Origin: Frankiales bacterium
GTDB lineage: Bacteria > Actinomycetota > Actinomycetes > Mycobacteriales > SCTD01
NCBI GenBank assembly: GCA_025352005.1
Contig: JANXUE010000159.1
Location: 1-52,390, forward strand
DNA length: 52,390 nt
Direction of reading: 5' to 3'
Part shown: positions 8,571-15,696 of the stretch, piece by piece
Layout of the letters: every line of letters begins with the position of its first letter
How positions within the stretch are numbered: the first letter of the stretch is position 1
Notes under the pieces: model-generated
Databases searched by the model: none
What the model was told of the DNA's origin: nothing
Seen by the model: only the letters and a program-made list of their open reading frames with translations
Translations under genes and position numbers: made by a program

Positions 8571-8963
8571 TCATGGCTCGATCGCCTCTCGGTTCAGGAC
8601 ATCTGTGTGGATCGCGACCTCGCGGGGGGCCAGGTCGGTGTCGTCCTGGACCAGCACTACTGGCCGGTGGTGCCCGCATGCGACCGCTGCCTCCGCCTCC
8701 AGAAGCCGCAGGTGTTGGAGAAGTCGCTGCCGGTTGGCGGGGGTGAGGAAGAGCTCGGGCTCGCTCATGGGGTCAGGCTGGTGATCGACCCTGCTCGGGA
8801 CTGTTGCCGGAGCCCGTCCTTCGGGACGTACGGGCCGTGCCGGGTCCGTGACGCGGCGCGCCGGTACCCGCCGACAAGGCGTGTCGCGGCTGTCATTGGG
8901 GCCTTGGGGCTGCGGAGCGTGAGGCCTGGCCGCGCTGTCGTGCTCATCCGAGGACCTAGCCAT
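8571..8963 (-). CDS. Hypothetical protein; possibly only the 65-aa version from ATG 8768
   Basis: ATG 8963 overlaps the stop of the upstream hydrolase gene (ATGGCTAG). The N-terminal half is Pro/Arg-rich. The C-terminal MSEPELFLTPANRQRLLQHLRLLEAEAAVACGHH... looks protein-like. Confidence 0.3.
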   Translation of the reverse strand: MARSSDEHDSAARPHAPQPQGPNDSRDTPCRRVPARRVTDPARPVRPEGRAPATVPSRVDHQPDPMSEPELFLTPANRQRLLQHLRLLEAEAAVACGHHRPVVLVQDDTDLAPREVAIHTDVLNREAIEP

Positions 8964-9993
8964 GGGCGGCGTAGAAGGCGATGGGGTTCACAGGGGTGTC
9001 GTTGGGGCGGGTCTCAAAGTGCAGGTGGGGTCCGGTGCTGTGGCCTTCGTTGCCGCTGTAGGCGATGAGCTGGCCGGGCTGCACGGCTTGGCCGACGGTG
9101 ACGGCCTCACGGCTGAGGTGGCCGTAGACGGTGGTGATGTTGCCGGGGTGCCGGATCTTCACCCACTGCCCGAGGCCGCTGGCGGGGCCGGCGTCGATGA
9201 CGCTGCCGTTGCTGGCGTCGTAGACCGCTGTGCCGATGGGGGCGGCGAAGTCGATCCCGGCGTGCAGCCGACCCCAGCGGTAGCCGAATCCGCTGGTGAT
9301 CTGGGCGCCGTGGATGGGATGGACCCAGCTGCCGGGGGGTCCATCGCCGGGGGCGCTGGCGGCCGGGTCGGCGTAGCGGGCGGACAGGGTCCGGATCCGC
9401 CGCACGTATGCCTGGGTCTTGGGGTAAGGCGCGATGCCGTGGTGTTGCTGGACGGCGCCGAGGCCGGCGTTGTAGGCGGCGAGCGCGAGGTCGATCGGGT
9501 CGCCGGTCAGGCCCTGGTCGGCGGTGACGGCGGCCAGGAGTTTGCACATGAAGGCTGCCTGGCTGGCGATCGCGTCGGCCGGGTTGAACGGATCCCGGAT
9601 GCCGTCGTCGTCGCCGTCGACGCCCTCACTCGCCCAGGTGCCGGGCAGGAATTGCGCGAGTCCTTGGGCGCCGGCGGGGCTGATGGCTTGCGTGTTCCAG
9701 TTGCTCTCGGCGTCGAGCTGGGCGGCGAGCAAGGGTGCAGTGATGCCGGCGCAGGTTCCCGCGGCGCGCAGCACCATCTGCTGGTAGGCGGCTGGGACGG
9801 TGCCGGGGCGAAGGGTGCCGGCCACACCGACCCTGGCGCCAGCGCAAGCGGCGTCGAGCCCGCCGCTGAGCAGGATCAGCAGCATGACGACGAGCAGGAC
9901 CGAGGAGGCGACGACCGCAGTGAGGACCCAGCGCAGCAGTGGCGAGCGCGCCGCGTTGCTGGCCGCTGCTGCGGCGAGCAGTGGCGGCGCCAT
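8956..9993 (-). CDS. Membrane-anchored cell-wall hydrolase: lytic transglycosylase (SLT) domain + M23 peptidase domain
   Basis: N-terminal TM helix (VVASSVLLVVMLLILL). SLT block: LLAAQLDAESNWNTQAISPAGAQGLAQFLPGTW. M23 block: HAGIDFAAPIGTAVYDASNGSV...YGHL...YSGNEGHSTGPHLHFE. This is typical of conjugative and mobilisable elements. Confidence 0.85.
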   Translation of the reverse strand: MAPPLLAAAAASNAARSPLLRWVLTAVVASSVLLVVMLLILLSGGLDAACAGARVGVAGTLRPGTVPAAYQQMVLRAAGTCAGITAPLLAAQLDAESNWNTQAISPAGAQGLAQFLPGTWASEGVDGDDDGIRDPFNPADAIASQAAFMCKLLAAVTADQGLTGDPIDLALAAYNAGLGAVQQHHGIAPYPKTQAYVRRIRTLSARYADPAASAPGDGPPGSWVHPIHGAQITSGFGYRWGRLHAGIDFAAPIGTAVYDASNGSVIDAGPASGLGQWVKIRHPGNITTVYGHLSREAVTVGQAVQPGQLIAYSGNEGHSTGPHLHFETRPNDTPVNPIAFYAAHG

Positions 9994-10310
9994 CAGCCGG
10001 CACCTGCGGACACGTCGGCGGACTGCTGCTTGGCCTGGACATCAGGGTCGTTGTGCGGGCGACGGTACGGCTGCCTCCGCGCGCGCGAGCCGCAGGCTGG
10101 ACCGGGTTGCGCGGGTGGCCCGGGCTCGGTGGACGTTGGATCTACCTGGGCCATGCAGGGACCGTTGGCTCTCGCAGCGGGCGCCGGAAGCACTGCCCGT
10201 GCCGCGACGCATCGTGCGGTGCCGAGGCGGCCGATGACAGGAGTCGGAGCCGCGGCGTGGGGAGGTGCGGGCGCGTCAACTCCGAGGCGGGCAGGGGGCT
10301 GCAAGCTCAT
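9993..10310 (-). CDS. Hypothetical Pro/Ala-rich ORF, translationally coupled to the hydrolase gene
   Basis: The stop TGA overlaps the hydrolase ATG (TGATG at 9991-9995). The composition is low-complexity and there is no family match by eye. Confidence 0.2.
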   Translation of the reverse strand: MSLQPPARLGVDAPAPPHAAAPTPVIGRLGTARCVAARAVLPAPAARANGPCMAQVDPTSTEPGPPAQPGPACGSRARRQPYRRPHNDPDVQAKQQSADVSAGAG

Positions 10311-10428
10311 ACCTGCTGTAGGTGCGTTCGCCGGGCAGTCTGTGACCGACCGCCGTCATGATCTTTCCCGGTGGTTCGGCCAGCCACTGCCCCGTCCGGG
10401 CTTCGGTCGCGCTCAGTAGTCAGCGCGC

Positions 10429-10756
10429 CTTGCCCGCCGGCGGCCCAAAGGAGAATGGTCAGTCTTGCCCGCGAGCGTGCGGGCAAGACTGAATGCTCCG
10501 GCGCTCCGGTCGCAATCGGATGACGGTCGGCCACCACCGCAACCGCCAGCCACCGGATTTGCTCGGCAACCCGGACACCTGATCCGACACGTCTCGTTTC
10601 GAAGGCTGGCCAACTACCCGTGGCCCGGTGGTCGTCGAGCGGGCGAACGGCGACGGTTCGTCTTGCCCGCGCTGAACGGGCAGGGGTGTCGGGCGAACGG
10701 GCAAGGGTCGGGGCTGTTGACAGCCCCGGTCGGGCAAGACGATGGGCAAGGGTCGG
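10429..10756. promoter_or_regulatory. Cluster of CGGGCAAG/CTTGCCCG 8-mers with a perfect 12-bp inverted repeat; candidate operator/iteron region
   Basis: CTTGCCCG occurs at 10429, 10464 and 10662. CGGGCAAG occurs at 10480, 10698 and 10731, and TGGGCAAG at 10743. The palindrome AGTCTTGCCCGC-6 nt-GCGGGCAAGACT spans 10461-10490. A 13-bp direct repeat GGGCAAGGGTCGG occurs at 10699 and 10744. The hairpin GGGGCTG-TTGA-CAGCCCC spans 10710-10727. Confidence 0.5.
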
Positions 10757-10808
10757 TGAGCAGCGTGGCGAGCACCTGCTGCTGAAGGAGCTCGCCGTGA
10801 GCTTGGCC

Positions 10809-11012
10809 ATGCTTGTCCGTGCCCCCCGCGTGTACACCGTCGACCAGGACGGTGTACCGGTCGACGGCCGCGTCATCGCCAACGAGGAGGGCATCTCCTG
10901 GTCGACGTTGCGTCAGCGTTGCAACCGACTGGCGCATCGACTGGGGGCAGCGGCAGCCAACTCAGGGGCCAGTCCTTGCCCAGGGCGCTCCCCCGAGGCC
11001 GTGGCCGCATAG
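10809..11012 (+). CDS. Hypothetical small protein (67 aa)
   Basis: MLVRAPRVYTVDQDGVPVDGRVIANEEGISWSTLRQRCNRLAHRLG... is the only protein-like translation in this stretch. It lies just downstream of the 8-mer cluster. No family assignment. Confidence 0.25.
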   Translation: MLVRAPRVYTVDQDGVPVDGRVIANEEGISWSTLRQRCNRLAHRLGAAAANSGASPCPGRSPEAVAA

Positions 11013-11140
11013 ACCGCCGCAATCGGCAGCGGTCCCAACCCATCCGATGCCGGTGTTCCCACCGTCGGCGGATCTCCGGCTGCTCCTCACGGCGCACTTG
11101 GAACGGCGCTCAGCGCAGATGGGCCACGGACAACCGTTGC

Positions 11141-12502
11141 TCATCCCGACCGTTTTAAGGAAAAGCCGACATACCCACATTGCCCTTGTTCACAGCAAAG
11201 GTTAGTTTGTCCCCCGAGACCACCGTCGAGGTGCTTCGAGCACGAACGGCACGTCCAGCAGCCAAGGCTGCGGCGCGGTCGGGTCGAGCGCGGTTCTGGC
11301 ATCTGACGAGGCTCCCGGCAGGCAAATCGCGGCCGGCCGGCCCGACCGGGCCGGTCGGCCGCACCGCACCGCACCGCACCAGCGATAGCAGCGCCTACCC
11401 GCACCCGGCGCCGCCCGGGGCTTCTCGGCATCGGCGTCGCACTGATCGCGCTGGCCGCGTTGGCAGCCGCTGACCTGACCCAGGTCGTGGGCAGCACCCT
11501 CCCGGTGGGTGCAGCTCTCGGGTCGGGGGCGAATGCCTTACCAGCCGCACTTGGCACTCCGGCGGACCCGGTGTCCTGCCATCGCCGCTGCAGTTGCGGG
11601 AGGGTCAGGTCGGGTGCGAGTTTGCCGCCCCCAAAGTAGATCGGCTTGCCGCCGTTGTCGTAACGGTCCGGCAGCGCCACTGCGTAGCCGGTGACCTCAC
11701 CGGGGGTGCGTTCGCTCATCCGCGCACGGACCAGCAGCCCGTCGGACCGCAACCGGGCGAAGAACTCGGTCAGGTCACCGGCGCCAGCTGCTGCGGTCCG
11801 TACGTGTGGGCGCAGCACCTCCCGGTCCGGCGCCGCCGGAGCGGGCAGCCCCTCTGCGCTTCTGCGCCGCGCAGTCGCCTGGTGCTTGCGGCTTTCTGCC
11901 CGACTGGTCGACGGTGCCCCAGTGCGGCCGTTGGCGCTGGTCGCGGTGAGTCCGTACTTGCTCTCCAGGAAGCGGCTCGCCTCCATCGAGCGGTACCGGT
12001 CGTTGAACAGCCGGGGGCGCCGGCCGTCCTGGCGCGCCAAGGTCGCCACGATGTGGATGTGATCGGAAGCGTGCCGGACCGCGACCCACCGAACCCCCGT
12101 GTCCTCCACCCGTTTGGCCAGTCCCATCTGGTCCATGTACTCGCGGGCGATGTCGGCCCACTGCTCATCCGACAGGTAGCGGTCGACCAGCTGCCCGGTG
12201 TCCGGGTCCTTCGCCGCAGCAACCGTGAGGTGATACACCGGCTTGTACTTCTTGAGCTGGTCGCGGTCGAGGGCCAGCACCGGTTCGTTGAGCCGGCTGA
12301 CCAGCCCCCGGAAGTCTCGCTGGCCGCCTGCGCACGCCGGCGGCTGCAATCCCTCCAGATCCGCCGTGTCGTCCCAACCGGCGATGACCCTGGCGTCGGC
12401 GTGGGCGGATTCCAGCCCCTTCTCCCCTGCCAGGCCCTCCGTGAACAGGTAGTAGAGCAACCCGCGCACCGAGCCACCGCGCGGCAGTACCTGACCGATC
12501 AC
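11141..12502 (-). CDS. Relaxase/mobilisation nuclease (MobA/VirD2-type domain); 3' third of doubtful integrity
   Basis: GTG start. N-terminus reads IGQVLPRGGSVRGLLYYLFTEG... The histidine triad region reads VAVRHASDHIHIVATL. A later segment reads LTEFFARLRSDGLLVRARMSERTPGEVTGYAVALP. After about residue 330 the translation becomes low-complexity and ends in an AT-rich patch. Confidence 0.75.
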   Translation of the reverse strand: MIGQVLPRGGSVRGLLYYLFTEGLAGEKGLESAHADARVIAGWDDTADLEGLQPPACAGGQRDFRGLVSRLNEPVLALDRDQLKKYKPVYHLTVAAAKDPDTGQLVDRYLSDEQWADIAREYMDQMGLAKRVEDTGVRWVAVRHASDHIHIVATLARQDGRRPRLFNDRYRSMEASRFLESKYGLTATSANGRTGAPSTSRAESRKHQATARRRSAEGLPAPAAPDREVLRPHVRTAAAGAGDLTEFFARLRSDGLLVRARMSERTPGEVTGYAVALPDRYDNGGKPIYFGGGKLAPDLTLPQLQRRWQDTGSAGVPSAAGKAFAPDPRAAPTGRVLPTTWVRSAAANAASAISATPMPRSPGRRRVRVGAAIAGAVRCGAADRPGRAGRPRFACREPRQMPEPRSTRPRRSLGCWTCRSCSKHLDGGLGGQTNLCCEQGQCGYVGFSLKRSG

Positions 12503-12521
12503 CTCAACCCGCCGCTGGCGC

Positions 12522-13028
12522 TTAGGCCAGCCGGCGCGCGAGCGCTGCTGCGGCCGTGTCGACCCGGGCCACCGCTCGGTCGCCGCCGGCGATCGACTGC
12601 TCGAGCCACACCGGCGCGTCCGCCCCGCTGTTGAGTACAGCAGCGGCCTGGTTGACGTTGACCCCGTACCGGCGCAGCGCCAGCCGCGCCTGGATCAGCT
12701 CGGCCAGCAGCTCGCGGTCCTCACGGTCCGACCAGGAAACCACCGCCTGCCGGACTTCGGTTGCACCGTCCTGAACCACATCGCCGCGCGCCTCCAAAAC
12801 CCGCCGCGCCATCCGAAGCGCCGCCGTCGCCACGTAGCTGCTGGGCCGAAGCCCCGCCACCTCCGCAGCCCGCTCCACGGTGTCCCGCTCCTCCTCGCTG
12901 TAAAGCACCTTCACCACATGACCCCGAGCCGGAAACAGGTGCGGGCGATGCCGCCCCAGCAGCACCGCCGCTTCGACCTCCAGCGGAAGCGCCAACCCAT
13001 CTGGCCTCACCACCTGCTGCTCAGACAT
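12522..13028 (-). CDS. mobC: MobC-family mobilisation (relaxosome accessory) protein
   Basis: ...VKVLYSEEERDTVERAAEVAGLRPSSYVATAAL... is RHH-like, and ...LIQARLALRRYGVNVNQAAAVLN... is the MobC signature (LRRxGxNxNQxA). The gene lies 19 nt upstream of the relaxase. Confidence 0.8.
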   Translation of the reverse strand: MSEQQVVRPDGLALPLEVEAAVLLGRHRPHLFPARGHVVKVLYSEEERDTVERAAEVAGLRPSSYVATAALRMARRVLEARGDVVQDGATEVRQAVVSWSDREDRELLAELIQARLALRRYGVNVNQAAAVLNSGADAPVWLEQSIAGGDRAVARVDTAAAALARRLA

Positions 13029-13435
13029 TCGCCGTCACCGTCCTTCTGAAGAGGACGGACGCCGCTCGCTCGCCCTCACCCCTGGTAGGTGCGACAGACC
13101 CCTCGTCTGTGACGAACGATCTTGATGTTTCCTCTCCGGGGCTCACCGCAGCGACCCACCTCCGTGGCCCCGCTTGGGCTTTTGCGAGCCCGCGCCCGGG
13201 CGAACAACCTGCCCTGCCGCGACCCGCCGGTCGCCTCCGCTCGGGTACCGGGCCGGCCGCGCAGCGGCCGGTTCGGTAACCGAACGGAATACCTTGCTCC
13301 ACGACCTACTCCTCCGCGGGCGAGACTCACGCGGCCGCCTCGTACGAAGCCACAGCCGACCCTCCCAGCGAACTCATCACCCTCGAGCGCCAGACGAGTC
13401 AGCCGCCGATTGATCTTGAAACGCGAGCACGGTGC
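13029..13435. promoter_or_regulatory. Non-coding region upstream of mobC-relaxase; candidate oriT/promoter
   Basis: About 400 bp with no convincing ORF. CCGTCCT-7 nt-AGGACGG spans 13038-13058. A 15-nt palindrome GTTCGGTAACCGAAC spans 13271-13285. The position upstream of mobC is the usual oriT location. No nic consensus was identified. Confidence 0.3.
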
Positions 13436-13795
13436 CTACCGCTCAGGCCACAGCTCGCTGGGCTCGAAGTACTCGCCCTCGTCCTCGACCTGAACGCAGA
13501 CACCAGCGACGACGTAGCCCTCGTAGGAGGCGCCCGTCACGACGTAGAACCGGACCTCGTCGTCCGGGAGCAGACCAGTCGCGTCGACGATCCGTCGCTG
13601 CTGTTCTTCGTCGGCCTCCGTGACCGTCAAGCCGGGCAGCAAGGTCGCAAGATTGAGCACTTTGACGTTCTGGAAAAGGACGTCAACCCGCGTTGTGCAC
13701 CCCTCACCCTTCGTGCTGCGCAAGAGCAGGCGGCGCATGCCCACCGTGTAGGCCCAGACTTGGAAGACCCGGGCCGGCTGATCGACGAGCGTCAT
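13436..13795 (-). CDS. Hypothetical cytoplasmic protein (119 aa); candidate immunity partner of the upstream secreted protein
   Basis: MTLVDQPARVFQVWAYTVGMRRLLLRSTKGEGCTTRVDVLFQNVKVLNL...YEGYVVAGVCVQVEDEGEYFEPSELW. The composition is clean coding and acidic. Its ATG overlaps the upstream stop (ATGA at 13792-13795). Confidence 0.6.
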   Translation of the reverse strand: MTLVDQPARVFQVWAYTVGMRRLLLRSTKGEGCTTRVDVLFQNVKVLNLATLLPGLTVTEADEEQQRRIVDATGLLPDDEVRFYVVTGASYEGYVVAGVCVQVEDEGEYFEPSELWPER

Positions 13796-14442
13796 GGCGC
13801 CCATGGGTTCTCCACTGGCACGCCCCCACGAACGAATGTCGCGGAGCCCAGACGGTCGGCGTCGTACAGGAGTGACATCTCCCAGTCGGTGTACCCGCCG
13901 ATGCCCGCTGCTCCCCGCTGAGCTGCGCCTGCGATCTGCGAGTAAGTCGAAGAGCCACTCAGACCATCGAGGCTGACGGTGAACTTCGTAGAAGAATCAC
14001 CCACAGCACGCTGAAGCGTCCCCATCCATTCCGGGTCGCTGAGCAAGGTTCGACCACCGACCTTTGCCGCAGTCGCCTCGAGGCCATGGGCCTCCAAACC
14101 AAGCACGATGTGGTCGCCAGCGCCGCCTGCTGCTTCTGCGGCACCAGAGGAAACCGGCTTGTGGCGAACGACCCAGATTTCCCAAGGCGCCCGGGCCGCG
14201 CTTGACCTGCTGGAACGATCTTGTGGGTTCGTTGCGCCCGGCGTGTCTGACAACTGTTGAGTGGCGCGGTCGTAAACGTGACTGGCCTTACCAAAGGTCG
14301 TCGTAGGTGCAGCCAACGCTGGGCCAGCTCCTACGGTTGAAGGCCCCATTTGCGCGAAGAAGACGAGCAGACCGGACATGACCGCCATCACCCAGGGCGT
14401 GACCCAGGGCAGCCATCGACCACGGGCCGAGATGTGGGTCAT
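13792..14442 (-). CDS. Secreted/membrane-anchored protein (216 aa) with an unassigned ~110-aa C-terminal domain; candidate toxin
   Basis: From ATG 14442: MTHISARGRWLPWVTPWVMAVMSGLLVFFAQMGPSTVGAGPALAAP is signal/TM-like. A low-complexity linker follows. The C-terminal domain reads DHIVLGLEAHGLEATAAKVGGRTLLSDPEWMGTLQ...KFTVSLDGLSG...GGYTDWEMSLLYD... ATGA overlaps occur at both ends. Confidence 0.6.
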   Translation of the reverse strand: MTHISARGRWLPWVTPWVMAVMSGLLVFFAQMGPSTVGAGPALAAPTTTFGKASHVYDRATQQLSDTPGATNPQDRSSRSSAARAPWEIWVVRHKPVSSGAAEAAGGAGDHIVLGLEAHGLEATAAKVGGRTLLSDPEWMGTLQRAVGDSSTKFTVSLDGLSGSSTYSQIAGAAQRGAAGIGGYTDWEMSLLYDADRLGSATFVRGGVPVENPWAP

Positions 14443-14684
14443 CCCTGCTCTGACTCCACGAGCAAGTTCGACGGCAACACCTTGCTCGCGCCGAGAATTT
14501 CGATTCCCACTATTCCGTCGGTGGCGTCGAGACCAAGGATGACAGCCGAGCCTTGCAACCCGACGTCGCAAAACTTCGTTCTAGCGACCGTGCGTCCTGG
14601 CCCGAGTCCCACGACGTAGATGTAGGCGGCATCGGCCTCTGGGTCGTACTGGATCTCAAGGCTTCGACTTACCATCCTGACCAC
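14439..14684 (-). CDS. DUF2283-family small protein
   Basis: ...SLEIQYDPEADAAYIYVVGLGPGRTVARTKFCDVGLQGSAVILGLDATDGIVGIEILGASKVLP matches the DUF2283 pattern (YDxEADALYI...GxlvGIEIL.AS). The start may be ATG 14675. The stop overlaps the next ATG (14439-14442). Confidence 0.65.
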   Translation of the reverse strand: MVRMVSRSLEIQYDPEADAAYIYVVGLGPGRTVARTKFCDVGLQGSAVILGLDATDGIVGIEILGASKVLPSNLLVESEQG

Positions 14685-15373
14685 CCGTTGCTCCTCGCCA
14701 TTCCAGCCACGTCACTTAGGGGCCATCCCCGGTGCGCCGTTACGATCGCCCCGTCCGCGTTCTGAATGATCAGGTTGTAGCTGTCCTTCCCAGCTTGGGC
14801 GACGTAGGCGAATGCGCCGTCGGCCTGTTCGTATTTGCTTCCGGCTCGAATGATCGCCACGTCAATATCATCGAATCCAGCCTCGCCGATGCGGATCGCC
14901 CCGTGGGCAGTGGTGTTCCCCGAGAAGCCGCCGAGCGAGCCGCCACGATCAGGATTCAGCGTACGGTCCATCCTCGCGCGTGCAAGGCGCCCGAACCCAC
15001 CTGCACCGTCTTCTGCGGCAACGCGAGACAGGTGAACAACGGTTGATTGGCGCAACAAGCCCACGGGAGTCACCGACGAGCCTGGAGTAGGCGTCTTTGC
15101 CGAGGCGTGTTCCGCGTGCTCGTCGAAGGTGTACTCGCCGGCCGTCGTAGCGGCAGATGGCGAATCGCAAAGGACCACCTTCAGCCGCGTCGGCGGCCGG
15201 CCCGGCGGATGCTCTGCTCCGATGTGCTCTGCGACCGAGAGCGTCGTCGAGTTCCCGGCCTCAACGCAAGATCCAGCGACGGGAGAGGTAGCCGCGGATG
15301 CCATCCCGGTAGGCAAGAGCACCGCCAGGACGGTCGCAACGATCGCGACGAGGAGCAGCCGCAAGCGCGCCAT
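14669..15373 (-). CDS. Sec-signal protein (234 aa) with C-terminal DUF4258-like (RelE/BECR-type) domain; candidate secreted RNase toxin
   Basis: From ATG 15373: MARLRLLLVAIVATVLAVLLPTGMASA is a signal peptide. The C-terminus TAHGAIRIGEAGFDDIDVAIIRAGSKYEQADGAFAYVAQAGKDSYNLIIQNADGAIVTAHRG resembles the DUF4258 pattern H-A-x-x-R-x-x-E-R-G-I...G...VV...I-I-T-x-Y. The assignment is by eye only. Confidence 0.55.
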   Translation of the reverse strand: MARLRLLLVAIVATVLAVLLPTGMASAATSPVAGSCVEAGNSTTLSVAEHIGAEHPPGRPPTRLKVVLCDSPSAATTAGEYTFDEHAEHASAKTPTPGSSVTPVGLLRQSTVVHLSRVAAEDGAGGFGRLARARMDRTLNPDRGGSLGGFSGNTTAHGAIRIGEAGFDDIDVAIIRAGSKYEQADGAFAYVAQAGKDSYNLIIQNADGAIVTAHRGWPLSDVAGMARSNGWSGW

Positions 15374-15402
15374 CGCGACCCTTGAGCCCCTCACACCGTG
15401 AA

Positions 15403-15696
15403 TCATTGCGACGCGTTGCCGTTTGGAGGATCCGCCCATGGGTCGCCGAGTAGGTACGGGACGGATACGTCCAGCACGTCGCCAAGCGCCTCCAGCGCCT
15501 CGCGCTGCGTCGGGGTGACCTCGATGTCGTACTCATAGACCTGCGTGCAAAGCGTCTCAAGAGCGATCTGCAGCTCGCCGGCCGCGATGAGGACCCTGAC
15601 CTGCTCAACATCCGCCAGGGGCAAGCCGGCGGCCGCGTCTACCGCTTGCTGGAGCATGTCCGCGGCGACGGCGCGGTCCACCGACTGGCCGCTCAT
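15403..15696 (-). CDS. MafI-like immunity protein for the Rhs C-terminal toxin
   Basis: 97 aa: ...[47 protein letters not shown]... resembles the MafI-family core (E-W/L-x-x-A-L-E-x-L-C-x-x-L-Y-E-x-x-I/V). Its ATG overlaps the Rhs stop (ATGA at 15693-15696). Confidence 0.6.
   Translation of the reverse strand: MSGQSVDRAVAADMLQQAVDAAAGLPLADVEQVRVLIAAGELQIALETLCTQVYEYDIEVTPTQREALEALGDVLDVSVPYLLGDPWADPPNGNASQ

Noticed and set aside
8962-10419. 485-aa plus-strand ORF
   Set aside because: It is antisense to the SLT/M23 hydrolase gene. The product is Gly/Ala/Asp/Val low-complexity with no motifs.
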